NCBI GenBank assembly: GCA_040754455.1
Contig: JBFMCP010000001.1
Coordinates: 1 to 64,000 of the forward strand
From: Nitrospirota bacterium
Lineage (GTDB): Bacteria > Nitrospirota > Thermodesulfovibrionia > Thermodesulfovibrionales > Dissulfurispiraceae
Reading direction: 5' to 3'
Length of the DNA: 64,000 nt
In this document: in pieces, positions 9,899-20,689 of the stretch
Position numbering within the stretch: position 1 is the stretch's first letter
Layout of the letters: each line of letters opens with the position of its first letter
Made by a program: the position numbers and the translations under genes
The notes under the pieces: model-generated
The model's input: the letters and a program-made list of their open reading frames with translations, nothing else
What the model was told of the DNA's origin: nothing
The model's database searches: none

Positions 9899-11446
9899 TT
9901 AGTGTCTAAAATGTCTCGCTCCGGTCATGATCATCGCCATACCGAACTCATCCGCTGCTGCGATGACGTCGGCGTCCTTCACCGAGCCTCCGGGTTGCAC
10001 CACTGCGGTAACACCCATCTCATGGAGCACTTCAATGCCGTCCCTGAAAGGGAAGAACCCGTCGGAGGCTGCCACCGACCCTTTGATCGGCTCGCTGGCA
10101 TTCAGTGCACCTATTTTTGCGGAGAATACTCTCTTTGTCTGTCCGATACCAATCCCCGCGGTCCTGTCCTTGAAGGCATACACGATGGCATTGGATTTGA
10201 CATGCTTGCAGACCTTCCAGGAGAACGAGAGCGCTTCGAGCTCATCCTTGGTAGGCTGACGCTTGGTAACCGCTTTCATCGCCATGATGTCCTCTTCGGA
10301 ATAGTCCCATCCTTGGAGGAGGAGGCCGCCGGCAATGCGCTTCATGTCCCACGATGCCGCCTTGCGTTTCGAGAGCATGTCGGAAAGTTCGAGGAGCCGT
10401 ATGTTGGGCTTGCTTGAGAAGACCTCGAGCGCCTCTTTGGTGTAGGACGGTGCGATGACCACTTCGAGGAAGATATCTGCCATCGCCCGTGCCGCCTCGC
10501 CGTCCACTTCGGTGTTGAAGGCAACGACACCGCCGAAAGCGGAGACCGGGTCCGCTTTTTCAGCTTTCTTGTAAGCCTCTGCTGCGGTCTCGCCGATGGC
10601 AACGCCGCAGGGATTATTGTGCTTTATAATGGCGCATACCTTTTTGTCGAATTCGAGGGCGAGCATGAGCGCCGAATGGGCGTCGAGGTAATTGTTGAAC
10701 GACATCTCCTTGCCCTGGAGCACCTTTGCATCAGGCAGGGAGAGGCCACTCGTCCGCTCTTTGTAGATCGCCGCCTTCTGCTGCGGGTTCTCTCCGTAGC
10801 GCAGCACCGCGACCTTCTTCATCGAGGTAGTAAGGTAATCCGGGAACGAGGCCTCCTTCTCGGTCACTCCCGTGAGGTAATCGGCAATGAGCGTATCATA
10901 CCGTGCGGTATGGGCGAACACCTTTTTCGCGAGGTTCAGCTTCGTTGTCGTGCTGACTTCGCCCTTCGACGTCTTCATCTCTTCAATGATCTTCGGGTAA
11001 TCGTCGGGATCGACGATCACCGCCACATCCTGGTAGTTCTTCGATGCTGCTCTGAGCATGGTAGGGCCGCCGATATCGATATTCTCGATCGCCTCCTCGA
11101 AAGTGACGTTCTGCTTCGCAACGGTCTGCTCGAAAGGGTAGAGGTTCACCGCCACCATATCGATGGTCTGGATGCCGTGCTTCTTGATATCCTCCATATC
11201 CTTGGGGTTGCTCCTTCTTGAGAGCAGACCGCCGTGGATCTTCGGGTGCAGCGTCTTCAACCTGCCGTCGAGCATCTCGGGGAACCCTGTGTAGTCGGAA
11301 ACCTCGACGACCTGCACGCCGGCATCGCGGAGTGATTTCGCCGTTCCTCCCGTCGACAGAATCTCGACACCCATCGCAGACAGCTCCTTCGCAAACTCCA
11401 CAATACCCCTCTTGTCAGAAACACTTATCAGGGCCCTTCTGATCAT
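9899..11446 (-). CDS. purH: Bifunctional AICAR transformylase/IMP cyclohydrolase
   Basis: [37 protein letters not shown] end. Confidence 0.98.
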   Translation of the reverse strand: MIRRALISVSDKRGIVEFAKELSAMGVEILSTGGTAKSLRDAGVQVVEVSDYTGFPEMLDGRLKTLHPKIHGGLLSRRSNPKDMEDIKKHGIQTIDMVAVNLYPFEQTVAKQNVTFEEAIENIDIGGPTMLRAASKNYQDVAVIVDPDDYPKIIEEMKTSKGEVSTTTKLNLAKKVFAHTARYDTLIADYLTGVTEKEASFPDYLTTSMKKVAVLRYGENPQQKAAIYKERTSGLSLPDAKVLQGKEMSFNNYLDAHSALMLALEFDKKVCAIIKHNNPCGVAIGETAAEAYKKAEKADPVSAFGGVVAFNTEVDGEAARAMADIFLEVVIAPSYTKEALEVFSSKPNIRLLELSDMLSKRKAASWDMKRIAGGLLLQGWDYSEEDIMAMKAVTKRQPTKDELEALSFSWKVCKHVKSNAIVYAFKDRTAGIGIGQTKRVFSAKIGALNASEPIKGSVAASDGFFPFRDGIEVLHEMGVTAVVQPGGSVKDADVIAAADEFGMAMIMTGARHFRH

Positions 11447-11495
11447 AATACATTCCTCCTCTGAACCGGATATCTGTAATAAAAAATGAATGCGC

Positions 11496-12176
11496 TCACA
11501 CGACGCCTTTTTCCCTGAGGCTCACGAATTTCCCGTCGCCGATGATCACGTGGTCGAGCACCGCTATGCCGATGATGTCTCCGGCGCTCTTCAGCCGCTC
11601 GGTCACCGTGATGTCGTCACGGCTGGGCGATGGGTCGCCGCTCGGATGGTTGTGGACAAAGATGACCGATGCAGCGGACTCCTTAATCGCCTCCTTAAAC
11701 GCCTCGCGGGGGTGGATGAGGGAATTGGTAAGGGTCCCCTCGGAGACCTTGTGCTCCCGTATCAAACGATTCCTCTGGTTGAGAAGAACGGCAATAAAAT
11801 ATTCCTTCTTGAGATTCTTGAAGCGCGGGGCGAAGTAGGTATACAGTGAATGGCTCGAAGAGAAGACGGGCTTACCGTCCGACGACTCGCTCATCAGCCG
11901 TTTGCCGAGCTCAAACGCCGCCTTGATCTGGGCGATCTTGGCTGTCCCGAGCCCCTTGATCGAAGCCAGCTCGTTGATTGATGCGGCATCGATAGTTCCC
12001 AAATCCTTAAACGTGTCGAGCAGGGTCATGGCGAGATGCAGCACGCCCTTCTCTCTGTTTCCTGTTCTGAGGATAATGGCGAGGAGCTGGGCGTCCGACA
12101 GGCTCTCGGCGCCGTACTTAACAAGCCGCTCCCTGGGTCTCTCCCCCTCAGGCCACTCTTTTATGGTCTTGACCAC
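11496..12176 (-). CDS. radC: RadC/JAB-domain protein
   Basis: ERPRERL, Hh[15 protein letters not shown]. Confidence 0.95.
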   Translation of the reverse strand: MVKTIKEWPEGERPRERLVKYGAESLSDAQLLAIILRTGNREKGVLHLAMTLLDTFKDLGTIDAASINELASIKGLGTAKIAQIKAAFELGKRLMSESSDGKPVFSSSHSLYTYFAPRFKNLKKEYFIAVLLNQRNRLIREHKVSEGTLTNSLIHPREAFKEAIKESAASVIFVHNHPSGDPSPSRDDITVTERLKSAGDIIGIAVLDHVIIGDGKFVSLREKGVV

Positions 12177-12327
12177 CGGTGCTGCTCCATTCTCCTCAGG
12201 TAAGGGTTAAATGCAGTTTGAAAGTATCTATAATAGCACTTTTAGGGGAGCAATGTCTTATGAAGGGGAACAACATTCAATGCATTAAGTTATGGCGTGG
12301 AGGCGTACCGGAATACATTCGGCACAG

Positions 12328-13938
12328 TTATAATAATGCCTTCCCTTCAGTAATAGGATCTTCCAAGGGGAGTGTGAAATGGAAGGTCGCTCCTACGCCG
12401 GCCTTACCTTCCGCCCACACCCGTCCGCCGTGTCGCATGATGACGCGGTAGACAATGGAGAGCCCTATACCCGTCCCTTCAAAGCCCTCTTCGCTATGCA
12501 GGCGCTGGAACACATTGAATATCCGCTCGGCATGCTGCATGTCGAAGCCGATACCGTTGTCCTTCACGTAGTATTCAACGGCTCCCTGCAGGCGATGGCC
12601 GCCCACCTCGATAATCGCCGTCTCCCTCGGCCGTGTAAATTTAAAGGCATTGGAGAGGAGGTTCACCATCACCTGCCGTATCAATGAGGGATCGGCATGG
12701 GCGGGAGGCAGTTCACCAAGTCTCAGCTCTATTTTCCGGCCCGGCGCCGTACCTTTAAGCTCTCTAAACACTGATTCGACGAGCCGCTTCATATCGATCT
12801 CGGTGCGGTTCAGCTGCTGGCGGCCCGAGCGGGAAAAGGCGAGCAGGTCATTGATGAGTCCCTCCATTCTCTGGATGTTCCCCTGGATCACCTTCAGCAT
12901 GTCGATGCCTTTCGTATTGAGGACACCAGAGTATTTTTTCAAAAGGCGCTGCGTATAGCCGCCGATGATAATGAGGGGGGTCCGCAGGTCGTGCGAAACC
13001 GAGTAGCTGAAGGCATCGAGCTCCTTGTTTACATCCAGGAGATCGTTGATCCGCTGCTGGAGCTCCCTGTTCAGGCTCCTGATCTTCTCTTCATCGCGTT
13101 TGCGTTCGGTAATGTCGCGGGTGACATTGATGATGCACTGTTGTCCGTCGAGCTCAATCAGCTCCGCGGAGCGCAGCATCGTGCGAATCTCGCCTGACTT
13201 CATGCGAAACTGGACCTCATGATCCCTGAGCTGCTGCTGCTCCTTGAGTATCTTCACCACCTCGTCGCGTTCGTCATAATCGACCCAGAGGTTCAGCTCT
13301 GCGGATGTCTTGCCGATGACCTCCTCCCGCCGGTACCCGGTGATCCGGAGGAATGCCTCGTTGACGTCGATGAGACGCCCGTCATCGAGCGTGCTGATCG
13401 CGATCCAGTCAGGGCTGGAACGGAATATCTTCGAAAACTTCTCCTCCGACTTCCTCAATGCCATATCGGCACGCTTGTGTTCGGTGATATCGCGTATGAT
13501 CCCCTGATATCCCAGCATTTCACCTTCAGCGGAGCGCCAGAGCGATGCAGTAACAAGGCAATCGAGCTTGGTGCCGTCCTTTTTGCGAAGGCGTACTTCC
13601 CAGTCTTTCACCGCCCCTTTCTCCTCCATTGCACGGATAATCGGAATACGGTCTTCGGGATTTACATACAAGGCCAGGATGCTCAATCCCATCATTTCTT
13701 CTCGTGTGTACCCGAAGAGCTCGATCATGGCATTGTTGACATCGACAAACCTGGCCTCTTTATTGACAATGTACACCGCATCACGAGAATCCTCAAACAG
13801 CGCCCTGTACCGGCGCTCGCTGATCAGCCTCGCCTCATCGACAAAGACGCACTGCCGCTCAAGCTCGGCAATCCGCCCGCGCAGATATTCGATTTCACGA
13901 ACGAGCTCCTCTTTTGTTTTTTCTGTGTCTGTTTCCAT
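12328..13938 (-). CDS. Two-PAS sensor histidine kinase
   Basis: Two PAS domains, H-box FSYSVSHDLRTP, NLLSNAFKFT, DNGIG, GTGIGL; start chosen at ATG 13938. Confidence 0.93.
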   Translation of the reverse strand: METDTEKTKEELVREIEYLRGRIAELERQCVFVDEARLISERRYRALFEDSRDAVYIVNKEARFVDVNNAMIELFGYTREEMMGLSILALYVNPEDRIPIIRAMEEKGAVKDWEVRLRKKDGTKLDCLVTASLWRSAEGEMLGYQGIIRDITEHKRADMALRKSEEKFSKIFRSSPDWIAISTLDDGRLIDVNEAFLRITGYRREEVIGKTSAELNLWVDYDERDEVVKILKEQQQLRDHEVQFRMKSGEIRTMLRSAELIELDGQQCIINVTRDITERKRDEEKIRSLNRELQQRINDLLDVNKELDAFSYSVSHDLRTPLIIIGGYTQRLLKKYSGVLNTKGIDMLKVIQGNIQRMEGLINDLLAFSRSGRQQLNRTEIDMKRLVESVFRELKGTAPGRKIELRLGELPPAHADPSLIRQVMVNLLSNAFKFTRPRETAIIEVGGHRLQGAVEYYVKDNGIGFDMQHAERIFNVFQRLHSEEGFEGTGIGLSIVYRVIMRHGGRVWAEGKAGVGATFHFTLPLEDPITEGKALL

Positions 13939-14094
13939 TGCAAACCAATCAGATAAAAGCAAGACTTTTACTTAATTATATAATGGAATCCCGCTACAAG
14001 CTATTGCGGCAGCTAAAAATTTGATGTGTAATGTCCCCATGGGTAATCTGTTATAATGGGGAGAAATTCGATCAGTCAATGCGAGGATGCATCT

Positions 14095-14466
14095 ATGAAA
14101 TGCCGGACACTGCTGTTTACATGCTCTCTTTTATTGCTCCTGGTTGCTCTGTACGGATGCGCATCGCGGGTCTATCTCGAAGAGCGCAGCAACGAGTGGA
14201 TCACCAGACCGTTATCGGAGCTCAAACAGGCAATGAACGCTCCCGGCTCCTATGCGTCGAAAATCGGCTGGGAAGAGACCACCTATCCCCTCGCCAATGG
14301 AAATTTTGTCTTCGTCGAACCGATCGACAAAGAGTGCTCCATTCACTGGGAAGTAACACCGAGGGAAATCATCATCGGCTCCCGCGCCGAAGGAGCCGGC
14401 TGCGACCAGAAGCCGGCCTTCGAGCCCCAGTCGACGACAGCGCCGCTGCCTTCTACGAGGTGGTAG
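14095..14466 (+). CDS. Hypothetical lipoprotein
   Basis: Signal peptide with lipobox LYG-C; GAGG upstream. Confidence 0.75.
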   Translation: MKCRTLLFTCSLLLLLVALYGCASRVYLEERSNEWITRPLSELKQAMNAPGSYASKIGWEETTYPLANGNFVFVEPIDKECSIHWEVTPREIIIGSRAEGAGCDQKPAFEPQSTTAPLPSTRW

Positions 14467-14525
14467 AGTAAAAAAGGCTATATGCAGTGAATAAGTCCTG
14501 AGCAACTTATTCGCCGCATTACTGT

Positions 14526-16490
14526 TTACTTGACCCTCGCCCCCTGCTTCACCTCTCTATCAAGGGCAAGTATGGAAAGATTGCCTTCGTCATCGGTGGC
14601 TGCAAGGAGCATGCCCTGGGACTCGATGCCCATCAGTTTGGCGGGTTTCAGGTTGGCGACGACGACGATCTTTTTGCCGACAAGATAGTCGGGGTCATAG
14701 GCTTTACCGATGCCGGCGACGATCTGGCGCTCTTCTCCGGTATCGACCTTCATCTTTATGAGTTTCTCCGACTTCTCGACACGCTCGGCGCTGAGCACTT
14801 TGCCGACCTTCAGCTGCACCTTGGCAAAATCCTCTATGCCGATTAATTCGACGACACCCAGTTCGGTCATTGCGGGCTTCTCCTTTTTCTTCTCTATCTT
14901 TGGTGCCCTCTCTTCGGTTTTCTCTATTCGCGGGAAGAGCTGCCCTCCCTTGGCGACTTTTATTTCATACGCAGGCTTCCAGTCCCATTCAAAAATCTTC
15001 GGCATGCCTTCCCCGCCACTCCGCTTGGTCTCTTCGACCAGCGATTTCATGCCGAGCTGTTGCCACATTTTCTCCGCCGTCGCGGGCATGAAGGGATAAA
15101 TCGAGACCGCGGTCAGCCGCAGCGCGTTCCAGAGATCGGACATCACCTGCTTCAGCTCTCCAGGGTTGCTCTTGACGAGCTTCCAGGGCTCTTTGCGGGC
15201 GATATAGTTGTTGGCTTCGCCGATCATATTCCAGATGTTCTCAAGGATGTGATAGAACTGCAGGCGCGACCAGAATTCCTCTCTGTGAGCATTGTGATAA
15301 GCGTCGATGCAGGTGCGCTCGAAGTCATCACCTGCGTTACCGACCTCTATTAATTCGATCCTCCCTTCAAAATACTTTTCCGCCATGGTGACAAACCTGC
15401 TCAGGAGATTGCCGAGATCATTGGCAAGGTCGGTATTGATCCGGCGGATAAGTGCCTCTTCTGAAAAATCACCGTCGAGTCCGAAGGTCACCTCTCTGAA
15501 GAGGAAATACCTGAATGCATCGACGCCGTATGTATCGGCTATTGCATTTGGATCCACTACATTACCTACAGACTTCGACATCTTTTTCCCCTCGACCGTC
15601 CACCAGCCGTGGGCGAAGATATTGCCCGGCAGGGGAAGTCCCAATGCCTTGAGCATTGTCGACCAGTAGACGGCGTGCGTCGTGAGAATGTCCTTTCCGA
15701 TAAGATGGTGGTCTGCAGGCCACCAAAAGTCGCCGAGCCGTGCCCTCTCAGAATGGGGGGCAAGATAACGTGTTGCGGAGAAGTAATTCACCAATGCGTC
15801 GAACCAGACATAGGTGACAAAGTTATCGTCGAAAGGAAGCGGAATACCCCAGGCGAGCCGTGTCTTAGGCCGCGAGATGCAGAGGTCACCCAGGTCATTG
15901 TTTTTGAGAAAACCGAGGACCTCATTTCTACGGGTTTCTGGAAGTATATAGTTTGGATGATTTTCGATGTAATCAATAAGCCACGTCTGGTACTTGGACA
16001 TGAGAAAGAAATAGTTCTCTTCATGGATGTGCTCAACCGGCCTGCCGCAGTCGGGACAGTTACCCTCGACAAGATCCTTCTCTGTCCAGAACCGCTCATC
16101 GGGAACGCAGTACCACCCCGAATAGCCGCGCTTCTCTATTCCACCGGTGTCGAACAGCTTTTGCATAAGGCCCTGCACGGTCTTGATGTGTTCCGGGTCA
16201 GTGGTGCGGATAAAGGCGTCGTTGGAGATATTCAGCTTCGCCCAGAGATTCTTGAAATTGGGGACCATGCTGTCGGCATGCTCTTTGGGTGTCTTGCCCC
16301 GGTCCTTTGCCGCCTTCTCGACCTTCTGCCCGTGCTCATCGGTGCCGGTCAAGAAGAATACTTCTTTTCCTTTTAGACGGTTATATCGGGCAAGGATATC
16401 CGCTGCAATGGTGGTGTAGGCATGGCCGATATGGGGAATATCATTGACGTAGTAAATCGGCGTGGTAACGTAAAACCGTTTCTCGCTCAT
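14526..16490 (-). CDS. metG: Methionine--tRNA ligase with C-terminal tRNA-binding domain
   Basis: HIGH, GTDEHG, KMSKS, C-terminal OB-fold (NLKPAKLMGIESQGM). Confidence 0.98.
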   Translation of the reverse strand: MSEKRFYVTTPIYYVNDIPHIGHAYTTIAADILARYNRLKGKEVFFLTGTDEHGQKVEKAAKDRGKTPKEHADSMVPNFKNLWAKLNISNDAFIRTTDPEHIKTVQGLMQKLFDTGGIEKRGYSGWYCVPDERFWTEKDLVEGNCPDCGRPVEHIHEENYFFLMSKYQTWLIDYIENHPNYILPETRRNEVLGFLKNNDLGDLCISRPKTRLAWGIPLPFDDNFVTYVWFDALVNYFSATRYLAPHSERARLGDFWWPADHHLIGKDILTTHAVYWSTMLKALGLPLPGNIFAHGWWTVEGKKMSKSVGNVVDPNAIADTYGVDAFRYFLFREVTFGLDGDFSEEALIRRINTDLANDLGNLLSRFVTMAEKYFEGRIELIEVGNAGDDFERTCIDAYHNAHREEFWSRLQFYHILENIWNMIGEANNYIARKEPWKLVKSNPGELKQVMSDLWNALRLTAVSIYPFMPATAEKMWQQLGMKSLVEETKRSGGEGMPKIFEWDWKPAYEIKVAKGGQLFPRIEKTEERAPKIEKKKEKPAMTELGVVELIGIEDFAKVQLKVGKVLSAERVEKSEKLIKMKVDTGEERQIVAGIGKAYDPDYLVGKKIVVVANLKPAKLMGIESQGMLLAATDDEGNLSILALDREVKQGARVK

Positions 16491-17479
16491 TTCCTGAACC
16501 GTCTCCTTTTATGGCGTCGGTGGCCTTGTTGTTGCTGCTGCTCAGGTGCACCCACTTTCGGATTTTCCTTTGCTGCAGGCATCGTCTGCGCAGGTTCAGG
16601 CAAAGGCCGCCGCTCCTCTGGTCTCTCTTGTTGCCGTTCCTGCTGTCGCTCTTGCTGCTTTTCCTGCTGTCTCTCGTGTCGCTCACGGGAAAGTCCGGAA
16701 TGCTCTCTCCTCTGCTCCCGCCGCGAACCGTTGTGCCTTCGTGGCTCCTCATGCCGCGGGCGGCCTGTCGAGATCTTTTCCTCGATTGCCTCGATCGGCG
16801 CATCCTCGACGCCGATCGGGATCTCGTCGTCGGTGGCGATGGCGCTCAGGTCGCCGTCGTACTCGTACCTGAGACAGCACATGAGCCTGCTGCAGAGACC
16901 GGAGAGCTTGCCGACATTCAGCACCAACTCCTGCTTCTTTGCCATCTTGATCGATACGGGATCAAAGGAGGTCAGGAAGGTATTGCAGCAGAGCTCGCGG
17001 CCGCAGATGCCGATGCCGCCCACCAGCTTTGCCTCGTCCCTGACGCCGATCTGGCGCATTTCGATCCGCGTCTTGAACTTAGCAGCCAGGTCTTTGACCA
17101 GTTCCCGGAAATCGATCCTGCCGTCAGCCGTGAAATAAAAGATGATGCGTTTCCGGTCGAGGGTCGATTCGGCCCCGACCAGCTTCATGGGTAGGCCGCG
17201 CGCCATAATGCGCTCAAGGCAGAAGGCCCGTGCATCCCGCTCAAGCTTTTTGTTCTCTTCGCGTGTTCTGAAATCATCTTCGTTCGCGACACGAAGGACC
17301 TTCTTCAACTCCCGTTCAGGCGCCTCGATAGTACGCTTCTCTCTTATAACCGTCCCGATGCTGAGCCCGAAGTCCGACTCAACCACGACAGGGTCTCCTT
17401 CCTTCATCTCTATATTATTGGCCTCGAAATCATAGATCTTCCCGCAGGCCCTGAACCGTACTCCTACTACATCAGGCAT
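16487..17479 (-). CDS. PSP1-domain protein (RicT/YaaT family) with low-complexity C-tail
   Basis: GRIDFRELVKDLA, GICGRELCC, SGLCSRLMCCLRYE; tmk-holB-yaaT-metG gene order; QQER repeats in the tail. Confidence 0.9.
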   Translation of the reverse strand: MPDVVGVRFRACGKIYDFEANNIEMKEGDPVVVESDFGLSIGTVIREKRTIEAPERELKKVLRVANEDDFRTREENKKLERDARAFCLERIMARGLPMKLVGAESTLDRKRIIFYFTADGRIDFRELVKDLAAKFKTRIEMRQIGVRDEAKLVGGIGICGRELCCNTFLTSFDPVSIKMAKKQELVLNVGKLSGLCSRLMCCLRYEYDGDLSAIATDDEIPIGVEDAPIEAIEEKISTGRPRHEEPRRHNGSRREQRREHSGLSRERHERQQEKQQERQQERQQERPEERRPLPEPAQTMPAAKENPKVGAPEQQQQQGHRRHKRRRFRK

Positions 17480-18466
17480 TTATCTTCCTCCACGCGATGC
17501 ACTCACGGCCTTGTGCGATGGGCCGTGGGTCATCAGCTGCTGCATAATTGATGCGACATAATTCCATGATATTGATTTATTCAAATTAAAATCAAGAAGA
17601 TTGCTCATCTTCTGGAGGCGCTGCCAGGCATTGAACGCCGCTTGGGGCGCAATATTCCTGTAGGCGCGGTACGAGTTTTTGCCGTAGAGAAGGCCTGATT
17701 CATCACCGGCAGCAGCCATGACCGCCACATCTCTCAAAAAGACAAAGGCCATATCGAGCCATGATCTCATTTCAGCCTTATCCGTCCAGGCCTCTTTTGC
17801 ATCCCCGCGCAGCATCGCTTCGAGAAGCCCGAAGAACCACGCCCGCTCCCCGAGAAAATCAACGGACTTCGCAAGGCCGGGCCTTCCCATCGAGAGGGCA
17901 AGCGCAAGCTGCCGCGCCTCGCCCTCGAGCTCAGCAGGAACCATTGCCGTAAGCTCCGCACGGGGCAACGGGTAAAAGCGCACCGGAGTACAGCGCGACC
18001 GTATCGTATCGAGCAGCCGGTCAGGGTTCGATGAAACGAGCACGATGAGGCAATCCTCGGGCGGCTCTTCGAGGGTCTTCAAAAAGGCATTGGCAGCGTT
18101 ACTGTTCATCGTATCAGCATCATCAATAAGGGCAACCTTTTTCCTGCCTTCATAGGGCCTGAGGAAAAGGACCTCTTCCAGCCTCCGCATATCGTCGATC
18201 TTGATCTCGTCCCCTTCGGTCACCATAACCGTGATATCAGGGTGCGTACCGGCATCGATCTTCCTGCATGAGGAGCAAACGTCGCACGCGTCGAAATCGA
18301 CCGGCTGGAGACAGTTGACCGCCTTCGCAAAATTGAGCGCCGCGGACATCTTCCCCACTCCCTTGTCGCCGGAGAGGAGCATGGCCGAGGGAACCCGTCC
18401 CCTCCGCAGCATGCCTGAGAATATCCGCAACGCCTTTTCCTGCCCTTTGATATCCCTTAATGCCAT
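17480..18466 (-). CDS. holB: DNA polymerase III delta' subunit
   Basis: GDKGVGK, Cys4 zinc module, ANAFLKTLEEP, TIRSRC. Confidence 0.95.
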   Translation of the reverse strand: MALRDIKGQEKALRIFSGMLRRGRVPSAMLLSGDKGVGKMSAALNFAKAVNCLQPVDFDACDVCSSCRKIDAGTHPDITVMVTEGDEIKIDDMRRLEEVLFLRPYEGRKKVALIDDADTMNSNAANAFLKTLEEPPEDCLIVLVSSNPDRLLDTIRSRCTPVRFYPLPRAELTAMVPAELEGEARQLALALSMGRPGLAKSVDFLGERAWFFGLLEAMLRGDAKEAWTDKAEMRSWLDMAFVFLRDVAVMAAAGDESGLLYGKNSYRAYRNIAPQAAFNAWQRLQKMSNLLDFNLNKSISWNYVASIMQQLMTHGPSHKAVSASRGGR

Positions 18467-19095
18467 AGTAAAAGTTTACTCTTTACGATTTTCCAAACCT
18501 GCTCCTTAACCTCATCGGAGGACAGGGATGCGTCCACCACTTTAACCCGCTGCGGCTCCTGCTCAGCAATCCTGAGATATCCCTCTCTTACTTTTTTATG
18601 GAATTCCACTTTCTCGAGCTCGAAGCGGTCGACTTTGTTGATGCCTCTATTTCTTTTCAGTCCCGTCTCAACGTCGAGATCGAAGAGGATCGTCAGATCC
18701 GGCCGCATGCCACCGGTGGCGACTATGTCCAGCGAGGTAATAAGCGTAAGGTCAATGCCCCGTGCATACCCCTGATAGGCGATGGTGGAATCCGTAAACC
18801 GGTCGGTGATAACGACCTTACCCTCGTTGATCGAAGGCAGTATCTTTTCCGACAGATGCTGCACCCGTGCGGCATTATAGAGAAGGAGCTCGGTCATGGA
18901 GGACATTCCTTTGTGTTCGGGAAGCAGGAGTATTTCCCGTATCCTGTTGCTGATCACCGTGCCGCCGGGCTCCTGGGTCAGTACCACCTCATAGCCATCC
19001 TCGGAGAGACGGTCCGAGAGCAATTTCGCCTGCGTGGTCTTGCCGCTCCCCTCGATGCCCTCAAAAGATATAAATATTCCTTTTTCCAGTTTCAT
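18457..19095 (-). CDS. tmk: Thymidylate kinase
   Basis: FEGIEGSGKTTQ, EPGGT, DRFTDSTIAYQG; start at ATG 19095. Confidence 0.96.
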   Translation of the reverse strand: MKLEKGIFISFEGIEGSGKTTQAKLLSDRLSEDGYEVVLTQEPGGTVISNRIREILLLPEHKGMSSMTELLLYNAARVQHLSEKILPSINEGKVVITDRFTDSTIAYQGYARGIDLTLITSLDIVATGGMRPDLTILFDLDVETGLKRNRGINKVDRFELEKVEFHKKVREGYLRIAEQEPQRVKVVDASLSSDEVKEQVWKIVKSKLLLWH

Positions 19096-19133
19096 AGTCG
19101 ACTGCCGGACCGTGCAACGACACCGGTCATCAG

Positions 19134-20147
19134 CTATCCCACCGCCTCTTTCAGCCGTATCAGCAGCTGGAAAATCTTGATCGTCTCTTCTATGCTCCGC
19201 GAGCCGGTACCGCACGAAGGGGTAAGAACGACATTGGACCTGACCAGCTCGGCAGGCAAAACTGCGGAGAGCTTTTCGAGATGCTCGCTCATAAGGCCCG
19301 TGATAATCTTATCATCCACCTCGTTGATCACCTCGGAGGTGGGGACGATTCCCCACGCGAGGAAACCTCCTCCACGCAGAAACCGCCCGATCTCGTCCCG
19401 ATACATGGCGATGGAGTCGAAATATTCAAAGGCATCGAAATTTATGATATTAACGCCGCTCTCGAAGACCAGAGGCCAATCCGCCCTTCCGCAGCAATGG
19501 ATGCCGGAAATCCCCCCCGCCGCATGAATTGCAGCGCAGCTTTCCCTGAGCAGCCGCAGTACTTCACCGGTATCGACACCAAGATAAGAAGAGCTGCCCA
19601 GCGCCGAAAGAATCGGCTCGTCGATAAAGATAATGGCTCCGTCGGCATGCTGCTTGAGTACGCTGATCTGCCAGCGGATTTTGGCTTTCAGGAGCATGGA
19701 GGCGATTTCGCGCAGCTCCTCATCGAAGAAGATGAGCCTGCCGTCCTGGTCCTTGATGCCGAGCGTGAAGGTCACCGGTCCGGTGACATGCCCCTTGAGG
19801 AGCGGGAATCTTCTCCCTTTTATCGCTCTCAGAAAGGCGCTGAGACCCGCCGCATAATCCTCGGATATGGCGATCCTGGTCGTATCGGTATAGGATTCAT
19901 AAAACCGCTCGAGCTCATCACTCGCATCCCGCATGATCGACGCGGTCTGATTTTTTTCATCGATCCTGAGATAGGGCATGCCCTCCGCATACTGGATGGT
20001 CATGGACTCCCTGAACGATACCTTTGGAAGCTGCGGCCAGAAGGGGATATCAAAGGTCCTGAGGACAAGCTCGCAGGCTTCCTCTGCGTCCCTGTGGGGC
20101 AGGCTGCCGATGCCCGTGGTCGAAAAAGGTTTAATATTTAAGGACAT
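19134..20147 (-). CDS. Core (folate-independent, corrinoid-protein-dependent) methionine synthase, MesB-like
   Basis: GIGSLPH, WPQLP, KGHVTGP, IFIDEP, HCCG, AWGIVPT, TPSCG; single MetE-type barrel. Confidence 0.8.
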   Translation of the reverse strand: MSLNIKPFSTTGIGSLPHRDAEEACELVLRTFDIPFWPQLPKVSFRESMTIQYAEGMPYLRIDEKNQTASIMRDASDELERFYESYTDTTRIAISEDYAAGLSAFLRAIKGRRFPLLKGHVTGPVTFTLGIKDQDGRLIFFDEELREIASMLLKAKIRWQISVLKQHADGAIIFIDEPILSALGSSSYLGVDTGEVLRLLRESCAAIHAAGGISGIHCCGRADWPLVFESGVNIINFDAFEYFDSIAMYRDEIGRFLRGGGFLAWGIVPTSEVINEVDDKIITGLMSEHLEKLSAVLPAELVRSNVVLTPSCGTGSRSIEETIKIFQLLIRLKEAVG

Positions 20148-20290
20148 CTTTTATTATAGCAAATGGCTCGCGCAAAAAGGGGGAAATACCGAGCTTTGCA
20201 GCTTGATGGGAGCAGTACCGAAAGGACCGGCTACCTTGAAAAGCTATTTCCGTAAGATGCCCTTTGCCGGGGTCAGGATTACAGGTTCCC

Positions 20291-20506
20291 TCAGCCCTTC
20301 ACTTTCAGGAGCACCTCGGGGAATTCCACTTTGAAATCAGGGTCCACTCTTCCGAGATAGACCTTGAGCGCCTTCATTTCGAGCCTGAGATCATCCATTT
20401 CCTCGAGTGAACGCTCCAGGTTGCTGACTTTATCGCCGAGGGTCTTCAGTTCCTGCTCTAAAAGATTCACCCGGTCTTGTAAAATGGCTAGGTCTCTCAT
20501 ATGCAA
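20291..20506 (-). CDS. Small coiled-coil hypothetical protein
   Basis: Heptad pattern; AGGGGG RBS directly after the bS22-like ORF. Confidence 0.65.
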   Translation of the reverse strand: MHMRDLAILQDRVNLLEQELKTLGDKVSNLERSLEEMDDLRLEMKALKVYLGRVDPDFKVEFPEVLLKVKG

Positions 20507-20512
20507 CCCCCT

Positions 20513-20602
20513 TTATCTACGCTGCGACCGCGTTCTTTTGCGGAGTTTTCTATGTTTGTGTTTGCGCATCTTTTTCTTGCGCCACTTTACAACGTTGCCC
20601 AC
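20513..20602 (-). CDS. AURKAIP1/COX24-domain (bS22-like) small basic protein, 29 aa
   Basis: GGAGGTGA RBS, GTG start, MGNVVKWRKKKMRKHKHRKLRKRTRSQRR*; below the ORF-track cutoff. Confidence 0.85.
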   Translation of the reverse strand: MGNVVKWRKKKMRKHKHRKLRKRTRSQRR

Positions 20603-20689
20603 ACCCTCACCTCCTTTTCTATAGATTAAAGAGTGAGAAGTAAAAAGCAGGAGATTAAAAACTCCTACTAATAGCACTCTTCTTCCTTC

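Noticed and set aside
11496..12176. radC as a mobile-element marker
   Set aside because: Full-length chromosomal form in a housekeeping context.
16615..16690. 12-nt repeats in the PSP1 tail as a mobile repeat
   Set aside because: Codon-phase low-complexity QQER repeats of a disordered tail.
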